Position numbers and translations under genes: made by a program
The notes under the pieces: generated by a model
The model's input: only the letters and a program-made list of their open reading frames with translations
What the model was told of the DNA's origin: nothing
The model's database searches: none
Shown: piece by piece, positions 13,101-22,402 of the stretch
Layout of the letters: each line of letters begins with the position of its first letter
How positions within the stretch are numbered: position 1 is the first letter of the stretch
DNA from: Strigamia acuminata
Lineage: Eukaryota
DNA length: 64,000 nt
Assembly: GCA_949358305.1 (NCBI GenBank)
Contig: OX442314.1
Span: 25,606,001 to 25,670,000 of the forward strand
Direction of reading: 5' to 3'

Positions 13101-13307
13101 CCCTTCGTCCCGAAAAAACCGGGATTCACTCCCACAGGGGATAAAAGTAACATCAAATGTTACAGCTGCGGAGAATACGGTCACTACTCCGACAAATGCG
13201 AAAAAACCGTCAAAGAAAAAGGCATCATGCAAACCTTGATGAAAATGATGATGGAGTTAAATACTAATCTAGCAAAAAACTCCCAAGCGCAGGCGTCGCC
13301 GAAATAA
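10167..13307 (+). CDS. gag: Gag-like protein of element A (1046 aa)
   Basis: Capsid-like segment (GSAREWYQGLKNPTWDDFLVRF...LRQAPGETLADY), CCHC knuckle CYSCGEYGHYSDKC, long E/K/R-rich N-terminal half. Confidence 0.9.
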   Translation: MSDKDEQSTSDTEQRMPEKGKRTSDYHLRSDGPVPEMSAKAKARANKRRAKAQKEEQAASLAALDGPERERVPLNMQPFEDTDPEAIENREEIREVSPGRVSILMTEETDEAPKRTVTIGTDPSPPTAQTSVKQTPRKNDGGTPITPRVTASPAVVSFEVSHLIRLTQQAAQLKAMIDIPVGTSVWESITLLTDAICAAQAPTPVARPAAETPMPQVTPSDTGGFAPDPNRTLHESREKAREEARQEATSRQRRLSAERRELWKEEEEREQRERRTTERTEKLVQKMREEREAKIRKEWNATVEGRHREAQEYEDQFQALIAQRKTEKLQMLRKEAILQHQKWEEQHRERLREEEARKGKEQFLKEKEEWDRVRWTEEYKAKKQAIIDEQKRWEAENWEKETEKFQKEYAQDVSDRKKNEENLKRKPEPPSGSDTDTGEGATKPAKTAKRGKSQKRDESVPKTKGRHPSKGSETGAAIDALLEKKNANKNRERPESEENRWHSFYENNDGGEPPPSGGSKQKKAGGETPPRGPRFHPQGDPSEPSDSSDDDHPSRPSTGRSQEDSDGHRSNRPNASDRSSRSSNPRSEEGNFQDSSGRHYTMSELGRALLNSFRREGIDLGHPGDEHNRAGERVKRKYGVRNEPSSEATGNIRWQHYIQTRFDGSWKAGDRFLDEVMRIKKATKATVADMLTHGLVELTTGSAREWYQGLKNPTWDDFLVRFDLRYGETPDEISNKLRGLRQAPGETLADYDARAKLLFARAPYEINPAGFTMIFYGGLSAHSQRILLDMRAPRTGDYQDVSNYLLTNTLEIEQRYYATLPPEEADAHEKRLQTSAERHKTSEKLMRPSEYLSGIMSLTEASFGRMLTPKAGSILPANPIAAPKKAPAATAMQVTSTDSTQMEKVEETTPLATAKEEEPASSDEEALNEHLENLSTGCDDQGPYLHHAHRALAIAQFRAHVQATKARGALGGKRRFPTPFVPKKPGFTPTGDKSNIKCYSCGEYGHYSDKCEKTVKEKGIMQTLMKMMMELNTNLAKNSQAQASPK

Positions 13308-13325
13308 ATTCAGCTTCGTCTGCGC
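13274..13325 (+). promoter_or_regulatory. Programmed -1 ribosomal frameshift signal (gag-pol)
   Basis: A_AAA_AAC heptamer in the gag frame at 13274-13280, a 6-nt spacer, then stem GCGCAGGCG (13287-13295) / CGTCTGCGC (13317-13325). The pol frame is -1 and open from this site. Confidence 0.8.
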
Positions 13326-16300
13326 CAGCCGCGGAAATTAAAAAGAAGAAATATCACACTGGACCCGCAGGTCATGCCTTGGCAGAAGCACAGATCAAAG
13401 ATCGCATGCAGACCATTCCGAAGAAGGAAGAAACAGTGACGCTGACAAGTATGCAAGTGAGAACGAAGCCGGAGGTCGACATAGATTGGACGGACCTCCC
13501 GTTCAATCTGGAGGTTGAGCCCCAAACATTACGCGTTTTTCACTGCAATGTCACGAAAACACATTGCGAAACTCTGTGTATGCTGCCAGTGGAGATCGAA
13601 AACCAAAAATTGTTCGGTCTGCTGGATTCAGGAGCAGATCGTTCATTCATATCCGAAGATATAGTAAAGGACTTGGATATTGAAAAAAAGGTGGCACAAG
13701 TGAACGCGAACGTAGAATTGCTCACCGCCAACGGCTACGTCAAGCCGAGGGGCGTAGTTCGCATCATGATCGACTGGAAAGGGGGGAACCTGTCCCACCC
13801 CTTCATAGTCTTGCCATCCCACGACAAAGTATTCCTCTTAGGGATGGATATCATGGCAAAACTGAAAATTCAGCCAAACCCGATAACCCGTTCATGGAAC
13901 TGGATAAGTCCCGAGGGAGAACGGCCAGTCCCCGTAGTTCCCCAAAAATTACTGGACGAAGCCAAGGACAAAGAGGAATACGGAAGAGGATTGCGAAAAT
14001 TCGTCCAAGATTACGATTTCGCAGCCTTCACTCTGGAATTACAGAGGAGTAACGTCGTGGACACACTGGTCGAGGAGGCAGCACTGCGTGTTGACGAGGC
14101 ATCGCTACTAAGGCGAGTGCTTCGAAAACATGAAAGAATTCTGACCAAGACACCTGGTCGAACGACGGAAGCAACCCACGAAATAGTCTTAACCACAGAC
14201 AAGCCGATTCGAGTGCCTTACAAGGGGATGAACCCCCAGAAAAGAGACATTGTGACGCAGATGTGCCAAGACATGCTCGACAAGGGCATAGTAACTCAAG
14301 CGCTGGGCGAATACGCGATGCGGATCGTCCTGGTAATGCGTCCAGGCTCGGAACCTCGACTATGCATTGATTATCGCCCCCTGAATGCGATAACAGTTAT
14401 AGACCCGATTCAGATGCCATCTATAGACTCGATCCTCCGGGAACTGAGCCCGTTCAAGTGGGTAACCACGATGGATCTGTCAAAGGGGTATTGGCAAGTG
14501 GAGCTAAAACCCGAAGACAAACTAAAAACGGCTTTCTACTCCCCGATAGGAAGATTAATGTTCAACGTGATGCCGTTCGGGCTTGTAAACGCCCCGAGCA
14601 CGTTCCAGAAATTGATCGAAAGCGTGTTGGGAGATATGCTTCACGACTTCGTGTGGGCGTATCTCGACGACATAATAATAACGTCGGACACATTCGAAGA
14701 GCATATAGACCACATCGACAGAGTGGTCTCTCGCCTAGCCAAGGCGGGACTCCACATCCATCCAGGGAAGAGCAAGTTTTGCAGAAAAGAGCTTGCCTTC
14801 CTAGGATATCGAATAGGAGTCGAGGGAATCGCGATTGACCCCGAAAAAGTCAAAGCAATAAACGGATTCCCCGCCCCCGAAGATATAAAAGGTGTCCAGA
14901 GATTCATGGGCATGGTCAATTTCTTCGGCCGACTACTCTCTGGTCTGGCTGAAGTGGCCGCGCCTATAACGGATCTCTTACGAACGGATAAAGAGTTTGA
15001 GTGGACGGTCCAGTGCGAGGCCGCATTTAGCACTATCAAGCAAATGCTGGCTGACGTCGAAAAGATGCCATTGCCGGACCTAAACCGACCGTTCGTGTTG
15101 CACACCGACGCGAGTAAAATCGGACTGGGTGCAGCCCTTCTGCAGACCCACGTGTACAACGGAATCTCGCAAGAAGTACCCTGTATGTTTATAAGCAGAA
15201 AAATACAGGGCGCGGAGAAAAATTATACGGCAACGGAACTAGAATGCCTAGCCGTAATTTGGGCAGTTCGGAAATTTCGCGACTATCTGGAGTACACGAA
15301 CTTCGAGGTTCAGACAGATCACCAGGCACTAAGCTGGTTGATGAAGCTCAAGGAACCCTCCGGCCGACTCGCACGATGGCAACTGGAGTTAATGGCGTGC
15401 GATATAACAATTACGTACCGCCCCGGGAAGTACAATCATGTGGCCGACGCCCTCTCGAGAGCCCCAGCCTCTGACCCCCAGGGACCAGACGACGACGGCG
15501 AGGACGACACCCACCTCTTGTACTGCCCGACTCCACGGAGAATATGGCGTTTGCGAAAGGCGAACGAGCTACCAGTGATGGAGCCTGAAGATAGAACGTT
15601 TTGTGGTTTTTGGACTCGAACATACCAGCCAGCTGGGACAAACAATTCAACATCCGAAATTCAATCTCCGCCCCCCGGAGAAACCCACAAAACACTACTA
15701 CGCGCCTTCACAGCAAAAATTGAAGAAAAAACACAATACGCTCCACCCACGAGACGTGAGTTCGTCGAACACCAGGCAGCAGACACAAAATGTCAAATTA
15801 TAACGCAATATTTGCTGAACGGCGAATTTCCGGAAGGGATGACAAACCCACACCGCCGGAAACAGTTCGTCAAAGAAGCAACAAGCTACCTCATAGATGA
15901 TGAACTCCTGGTAAAATACCACCCGACGTTTCAAGATGACCTCAGCGGAGCGGGAAACTCGGTTAAAGTGGTCGTGCCGGCATCGCTGCACACCCGACTG
16001 TTGTGGCTGATGCACGGACACCCGCTCGCCAGCCATTCTGGCGTGGCGAGGACCCTTTATCGAGTAAAACAACTTTTCTTCTGGCCGGGCGCGCGGCAAA
16101 AGATAACGAAATTTATCCGACACTGCCCCCGGTGCCAAGCGTGCAGACCGCGAGATAAAGTGGCCAGAAACGCCATGTCTCTCGGACCCTACGCACCGTT
16201 TGACTGCTTAAGCATAGACTTGATGGGCCCCAAGCCCACAACGGGAAACAAGAACATGTATATTCTCGTAATTATGGACGTGGCCACCCGATGGCCGGAG

Positions 16301-17410
16301 CTGTACGCCCTCGCGAAGCCCTCGGCTGAAAACATAGTCGAGTGCCTTTACGACGTGGCAATGCGATTTGGGTTTCCCAGAAAACTCATTTCGGATAACG
16401 GCCCCCAATTCCGATCGAGAATATATAAGGACTTCTGTAGAAAATTTAAAATGGATGCATCAAACACCTCCACGTATAATCCTCAGACAAACCCAGTCGA
16501 GAGATTAAATAAAGACATAAAATATGCGCTGACAGTATTCACCGATATTCACAATCGATGGGACGAATACCTGCGAGAAATCGCTTTCAGCATTCGCTCA
16601 ACCGTGTCAAGAACACGCGAATTCTCACCGGCGTACCTCAACTTCGCCCGCGAATTAAGGATGCCATGGGACCCACGCGTTGCCGAAGCTGTTAACGTAT
16701 TAGACCCATCGAGCCCACACGAGTACGTGTGCCGGTTGGAACAGACTATATCCGACACATACCAGCATATGATGGCGCATATTTTCAACATGAGAGAAAG
16801 AATCGCAGATAAAGAAGGCGATCTCGCTTTCGCGAACTTTAAAGTGAATGATCTAGTGTGGAAGGAGGCACACACGTTGTCCAATGCAGCGAGGGGCATC
16901 GCCGCAGGTTTAGCCGACAAGAGGGACGGTCCCTATGTAATTGTGGCCGAACACGGCGGCAACGCATACCAACTACGCCGCTTAGAGGACAACAAAAATT
17001 TTCAGTCGATACATGGCCGAGATTTAAGGCCATATCTGCCAGAATTTCCACAGGAAATTTGGCTGGAAGGTCAGACACACAGCGGCCAAGGGGGCACCGT
17101 GGTCGACACGTTCCAAAAAACAAATGAAGCTGAAAATATAGCGGAGAACGAGGATGAATTCTTCGACGCCGAATCCCCAGCCGACGAGGCTCCAGCTCAG
17201 CCGGAGCAAGCAATTTCGGAGAGGGAGGAAGCAGAAGAATGTACTTCTGAAATGGAAAATAAAAAAATTAATAATGAGAAAAATGCCAACACATCGGAGA
17301 TGAACGAGCAAGTAGAGTCACGATCTACGAGCACGTCGAAAATCAACCTTCGACCACGACGAAGCAATAATCCGTTCATTCGGGACGGCAAAGTCGTGGG
17401 GAAGAACTAA
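13274..17410 (+). CDS. pol: Pol polyprotein of element A (PR, RT, RNase H, integrase), intact
   Basis: LLDSGA protease; YLDD RT; TDAS/ELE/TDH/ADALS RNase H; HHCC, IDL...SDNG...VER integrase triad and GPY motif. Listed in the ORF track as 13379-17410. Confidence 0.95.
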   Translation, partial: KKLPSAGVAEINSASSAPAAEIKKKKYHTGPAGHALAEAQIKDRMQTIPKKEETVTLTSMQVRTKPEVDIDWTDLPFNLEVEPQTLRVFHCNVTKTHCETLCMLPVEIENQKLFGLLDSGADRSFISEDIVKDLDIEKKVAQVNANVELLTANGYVKPRGVVRIMIDWKGGNLSHPFIVLPSHDKVFLLGMDIMAKLKIQPNPITRSWNWISPEGERPVPVVPQKLLDEAKDKEEYGRGLRKFVQDYDFAAFTLELQRSNVVDTLVEEAALRVDEASLLRRVLRKHERILTKTPGRTTEATHEIVLTTDKPIRVPYKGMNPQKRDIVTQMCQDMLDKGIVTQALGEYAMRIVLVMRPGSEPRLCIDYRPLNAITVIDPIQMPSIDSILRELSPFKWVTTMDLSKGYWQVELKPEDKLKTAFYSPIGRLMFNVMPFGLVNAPSTFQKLIESVLGDMLHDFVWAYLDDIIITSDTFEEHIDHIDRVVSRLAKAGLHIHPGKSKFCRKELAFLGYRIGVEGIAIDPEKVKAINGFPAPEDIKGVQRFMGMVNFFGRLLSGLAEVAAPITDLLRTDKEFEWTVQCEAAFSTIKQMLADVEKMPLPDLNRPFVLHTDASKIGLGAALLQTHVYNGISQEVPCMFISRKIQGAEKNYTATELECLAVIWAVRKFRDYLEYTNFEVQTDHQALSWLMKLKEPSGRLARWQLELMACDITITYRPGKYNHVADALSRAPASDPQGPDDDGEDDTHLLYCPTPRRIWRLRKANELPVMEPEDRTFCGFWTRTYQPAGTNNSTSEIQSPPPGETHKTLLRAFTAKIEEKTQYAPPTRREFVEHQAADTKCQIITQYLLNGEFPEGMTNPHRRKQFVKEATSYLIDDELLVKYHPTFQDDLSGAGNSVKVVVPASLHTRLLWLMHGHPLASHSGVARTLYRVKQLFFWPGARQKITKFIRHCPRCQACRPRDKVARNAMSLGPYAPFDCLSIDLMGPKPTTGNKNMYILVIMDVATRWPELYALAKPSAENIVECLYDVAMRFGFPRKLISDNGPQFRSRIYKDFCRKFKMDASNTSTYNPQTNPVERLNKDIKYALTVFTDIHNRWDEYLREIAFSIRSTVSRTREFSPAYLNFARELRMPWDPRVAEAVNVLDPSSPHEYVCRLEQTISDTYQHMMAHIFNMRERIADKEGDLAFANFKVNDLVWKEAHTLSNAARGIAAGLADKRDGPYVIVAEHGGNAYQLRRLEDNKNFQSIHGRDLRPYLPEFPQEIWLEGQTHSGQGGTVVDTFQKTNEAENIAENEDEFFDAESPADEAPAQPEQAISEREEAEECTSEMENKKINNEKNANTSEMNEQVESRSTSTSKINLRPRRSNNPFIRDGKVVGKN

Positions 17411-17790
17411 AAATAAAAGAAAATGTGATAACATGGAGCGGAGGCCTTGTAAAATAAAAAGATTTACTTACGAGAGCTGCTGCACATGTTGAAACGCGAA
17501 AATTTGGCTAAGTCCAAACTTCGCAACGAATTGTCGCAGTCACCACTAACAGACGAGAAGTTATGACGTATCGGGCGACCACGTGACAATGAAACCACGC
17601 GGTCGACCCCGTAGCGTCATTGCCAGCACGGCGGATCTCGCAAAATACGAGACGCGTTCGAGACCCACAATTCTCAGCGTCGATAGGCCCAGTTTCCGAC
17701 TGTTTTTAACACGACGAGACGTGTTTTTGCTTCTCCCCCAAAGAGAAAGACAAAGACCTCTCAAACAAAACTTCATTTTCCTAAATTGAA

Positions 17791-20700
17791 ATGGCCGATC
17801 GACGCAACCCACGATTAGAGCCGAGCGCATCGTCGAGAGACGAGAGCGACGGCCTAATCGTAAATGCAGAAGACGATGAGAATTGGGACGAACAACCGCC
17901 GTTGCAGGTAAATTAGTGTGATTTCCCCAGAGAAATCACATAATTCTTTGAATCTGTTGCATCCAACCCAGATTGGAGCGTGACTTGTGACTGATATATT
18001 TCTTTCTGTTTTATTGTTGATTTAAGGCTGGCTAAAAACCCGAGAGTGGACCCAGATTCACCTCGGAGTCAAGGCCGCCAAAAAACTAGAACAAAGGAAG
18101 TGTTCGCGGAATGGCGTCGTGGCAAACCAAAACCAAAACTAAAGGTTTTCTTTCTTTTAAAATTAAACATCGTAATAAATTAAAATACGATTAGAGTTAA
18201 AATAAAAAGTTTAACGTAATATTAAGAATTTAACGATCGGTTTTGCCTGCGACCCCTTCCTAAAAAGCGGATCACCTGAGTTCAAAGGTAGTGTTGGATC
18301 AGCGCTACGACGGCGGAGATCATCGCAGAACTGCGAAACAAGAAAATAAGACCGACGGCCGCAACAAAAGAAAGGAGTTGCTGCCACCGTCGATCTTGAG
18401 CATATTTCTGATCCCCATCGTTAAACTGGGATTTATTATATTAATCTTGTGATCTAAAATTATTCAGGTCGACCCGCTAGAATCGTGGGACGCCCTGCCT
18501 TCGACGGTGTCAACCGCCAACAACATCTTTCGCGGAGCCCTGCCGATTTACCTGCGGCAGGCCTATCCTGCAGAGACCAGCGCCTGGAAAATCCGATTGA
18601 TGTACTCCAGGACCCTCGAGGAAAAATTCGAGCGATCGAAAACGCTGGTCGAGTGCATGACGAAGGAGATGAGGGAGCGAGTGGGGCCGCGGATCCCACC
18701 CGATGCGGATCCGCCGAGCCCCGTTTACTCCGGGTACCTGGAAGAGGCTTACCCAGGCACGGTGGCCGAGCTGCACACCTCCCATAGGTGGAGCGAGGCC
18801 CCGACCTTGGCAGCCCGCCAGAGAATAGTGGACGACGAGATCAAACGCTTAAAGCGCACCGAGACTCACGGAGTAACCCGAGTTCTCGAGAGAAACGGTT
18901 TCTCCCCCGAAGAAATCCGTAGATGGCTTCGCGACATCGAAGAAGATCATCTGACACCCAGATGGATACCGCCGGCGAATTTTACGGCCACGCAGTCTGA
19001 GATGTGGCAGTTATACCACGCTGGTATCCTGGGAAGTCGCCGCCATCACAGAAGATCGAAGCGTCCGGCGGAGTCCGCCCCACGCGGACCCGCACGAAGA
19101 AGACAGGCCGTCTCCCCAATAGAGGCCGGCCCGTCAACGAGCCGCGACTACCGCAGCCGCTCGAGCAGCTCCAGTTCCCGAACTCGAGTTGTCGTGCGCT
19201 CGGAGTGTCGCCGAGTAGTAACGCTCGAGCCTGCCTCGCCAGACGACGCGCGGGCTGAGCGAACAGTCGAATCTTCCGCCCACTGGGCTGCGAGGACCGA
19301 GACACACCAAGATCGAGGAAAGAAAAGATCCTCGTTGTTCATGGCGATTACCACACAGTCGTCAGATCAATCCTCGTCGCGACGAACCGTCTCATCACAC
19401 CAGAGACCGAATTCTCCGACGGACGTCCCCCAGAGGACGGCCCAACGAAGATCCGTCGCAGCCAGCACCCGGAGGAATCGAAAGCGCAAAGTACGTCAGA
19501 AGTTGCGAGCACAATCCCTGATAGCTAAGGGATTAGAGAAGGAGCGAGAGATGGCCGCCGCGAAACGGTCCGAACCCCAGAGTCTCGGACCCACGGCTGG
19601 ACCGTCCAGGCGCCAAGCAGAGATTGATTTGGGAGAGTTGACGGAAGAGCAAATGTCCCCAGATGAGTCGGACAAAGATGGGCCGGTTACAAAACAGGAT
19701 CTGGCCGTAGCATTGAAGAACGCCTTCCGAGGATACGCGGCCAACCGGCCGTCGGGCTCAACACCGGCTGTGCCCACCGCGCTTGTGCCCCCACAAGTGC
19801 AATCGCGATGGCCGCCACTCCTCGAGGGTACAAACCCAGCCGTGACCGCTTGGACCCCTCCCCGGATGATTCCGGTGGGGGATCCAGCTCCGAAGCGGGT
19901 CAGATACGATAATCTACCCGGGCTGGGCCGTCCACCGTCACCCCCAACGCCACGAGTGTGTCGACCTTATCGCAACGCCGAATGGTACGCCCAGCGAGAG
20001 ATGGACGCTCGATGCCGGCGTGAAGCGGCCTATCCCCCACTCAGCGAGCTACAAGAATATCTGGCCGAATACGAGAACCCCGCGATTGCCGAGTTGGCCA
20101 TACGACAGGCCGACGCCGCCCAAACCCACCACATCAATTGGGCGATCGAACAGATGCGGACGCTGTCACAACAATTCAGTGGCAATCCGGACCGCGCTCA
20201 CCCCTGCCATCGGAGCAGTTTGAATTTGGCAGTGACGAACGTCATGGCCCAGCTGCTGTCCCTGGGCGTCTTCTTGGACAGTCGGCAGGCTATGGCGGCC
20301 TGGACAATCGTCGACCGTGAGGGAGTTCACCTTCCTCGGGCGTTGTACCAGGTATGGGCCGGATGGACTCCTGAGCCCGCCTCGCTGCGCTTCGACCTGG
20401 CCAGGAATACGGAGAACCCAGGCCTGCAGTTTTCGAAGATGCGTTCGTTGGCATTCCGCTACCGGAACCCCGGAGTCCACCCTTCCTTGTTGCGAACAAT
20501 TCGGGAGGCTCCGGAGATACCGGGAACGACAGCGAGCCTCCCACAGGCCATCGAGACCGCCCCCCCAGAGGCGGCGGTCCAACCATACATACCGACCCCA
20601 AAGCCGGTATTCCCGAAGGAGAAGCGACATGCGAATCGACCCATATTGATTCCGAAGCGTTCCAAGCGAGGACCCCGAACTCCTCCGCTGCCCTCTCCTT

Positions 20701-21254
20701 CACCACCAGCGGCAGGGCTGGCCGCTCTCTCTGCAGAGCCGGCTACGCCACCGTTGGAGAGCCCAATGGAGATTCCGCTCCCACCATCGCCTCCGCCGCC
20801 CCCAGCAGCGCAGCTTTATTTGAGGCTGGGAGTGGAATACCCCTTCCTTCAGATGTCGGAGTTCACGCGACAACGCATCATTGACTCCGACGATCACGGC
20901 GAATCAATCCTCAAATGGCTAAACAGAGAAGCCCGATCCACCATGGACGCCGTCTTCCATCGCCGTATCCTACGGGCCCACAGGAAACCCGGATCGAGCG
21001 CCGAGTCGCGAAGGATCCGACTCGTCCCCGATCGATTCCCCGCGTCTACCCGGATTTGGATCCATGAGCGTACGGGGTTGGTTGGCGAGCCAGCCGGCAG
21101 TCACCCGCAGTACTTCATCAACGAGCGACAAAATCCTGCGGATCTGACAACCTCTCTGCCCCCGGATTTACCACCGCCGCCCCCGGCAGTGCCACCCGTG
21201 ATCCTCCGCCCATGCAGAGGAGTGCTGCCGGCTCTTCGCAGAGGAGAGCGATGA
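17791..21254 (+). CDS. ORF3 of element A, unknown non-env accessory protein; main exon 18468-21254 with probable upstream exons
   Basis: A frame of more than 915 codons between pol and the PPT, beginning at an in-phase TTATTCAG acceptor (ending 18467). Upstream ATG exon 17791-17907 ends CAG|GTAAAT. Confidence 0.75.
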
Positions 21255-21301
21255 GAAAATTGAGATCGCTCCGATCCGAGATCGAAGCTGGAGGAGGGAC
21301 G

Positions 21302-22122
21302 TGTGGTGACCCAGTTGGATAAGTGTCCCCCCAGGGCGGATACTTGTCCTATGAGTCACTATGATTAAAGAGTCGTTCCCCCCCGAGTTGGCTCCACCTC
21401 CCCATGGCAGGTGTGTGCCCCGAGGGGGAGGAAGCGGCTGGTGGTCAGCCCCCATTGGTTGATCGCCGGCCCTTCACCCCACTGCATAAAAGGCTGTGTT
21501 TCCCGCCTAAAGACAGAACTTACACAAACGACACCAAGAACACAGCAACTACCTCACCGTCAGGCCAACTTCAACTACAAGTTAGGATTGATCGAGGATC
21601 GCTGAGTAAAGTGCAAACTGTAACTCTCACGAAGTCACTTGCGAGCTATTCCTGCGAAAGCACGAGAATAGCCCTTGTGAAATCACCCAGAATAATCGCC
21701 CAGACGATTATTCGCCGAAGTAAGTGTCCGAGTGCTTTGTAGGGAACCCCAAAGTTCCTAGACGAGGCCTCTGCGACGCTAAACCAAAACCTAGACAACA
21801 GGCACGGATAGAAGACTCGAAAGAGCATTCCACCGCGTCCGTGAAGACGAATCCGTGACGAATTAACGACAACTCGAGACGCCGCCTTTGTTCCGCCGAC
21901 CACGCGGAATCGACGACGCCATCTTGAGAAATCCTTTGTTCGACGCTGACCACGTCGACTCTAGAATTATTACTGAGTGTATTTTAAAGGCATAAAGCCT
22001 GGTGAATAAATTACCTGTTTATTTACATACATTTAGTATTCATTTGGGTATTTGCATAATTGATCACAGGTAAAGTATTACACGTTAGCGCTATTTAAAC
22101 CTATACCAAGTAGGACGCGACA
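21302..22122 (+). repeat. 3' LTR of element A
   Basis: Copy of 9252-10072, preceded by the PPT at 21290-21299 and followed by TSD AGCC. Confidence 0.97.
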
Positions 22123-22402
22123 AGCCTACTATAGTATCGTTTCACAGAGTCATCATTTTGACTAAGCACACCCAGGCAAAAATGAATCGTTCCTCCATCC
22201 CCAATTTGATTACGTTTACTACAAATCCTAACCACGGATAACTTATCAACGTGTAAATACATTTCGTGATCTGTTATCTCTTAATATGTGGACCGGATAT
22301 TTTCTTTAGGAGCTGGATATGCACAAAGAGATAAGTAGAAAACTTTCTCACAGAAACCACAGATTTGTGCAAACAATTTTCACTGCTGCTATCTAATTAT
22401 CA

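Larger units (their letters stand above)
9252..22122 (+). mobile_element. Full-length Ty3/Gypsy LTR retrotransposon (element A, 12.87 kb) with gag, pol and an extra ORF3
   Basis: 821-bp direct repeats TG...CA, 4-bp TSD AGCC (9248-9251 / 22123-22126), PBS after the 5' LTR, PPT GGAGGAGGGA before the 3' LTR, PR-RT-RH-IN domain order. Confidence 0.97.

Noticed and set aside
10093..17391. Many overlapping antisense and alternate-frame ORFs
   Set aside because: Shadow frames of the GC-rich gag/pol; the same applies inside elements B, C and D.
18507..21254. ORF3 as an env gene
   Set aside because: The position fits, but no signal peptide, clear transmembrane anchor or ectodomain-like composition is visible.
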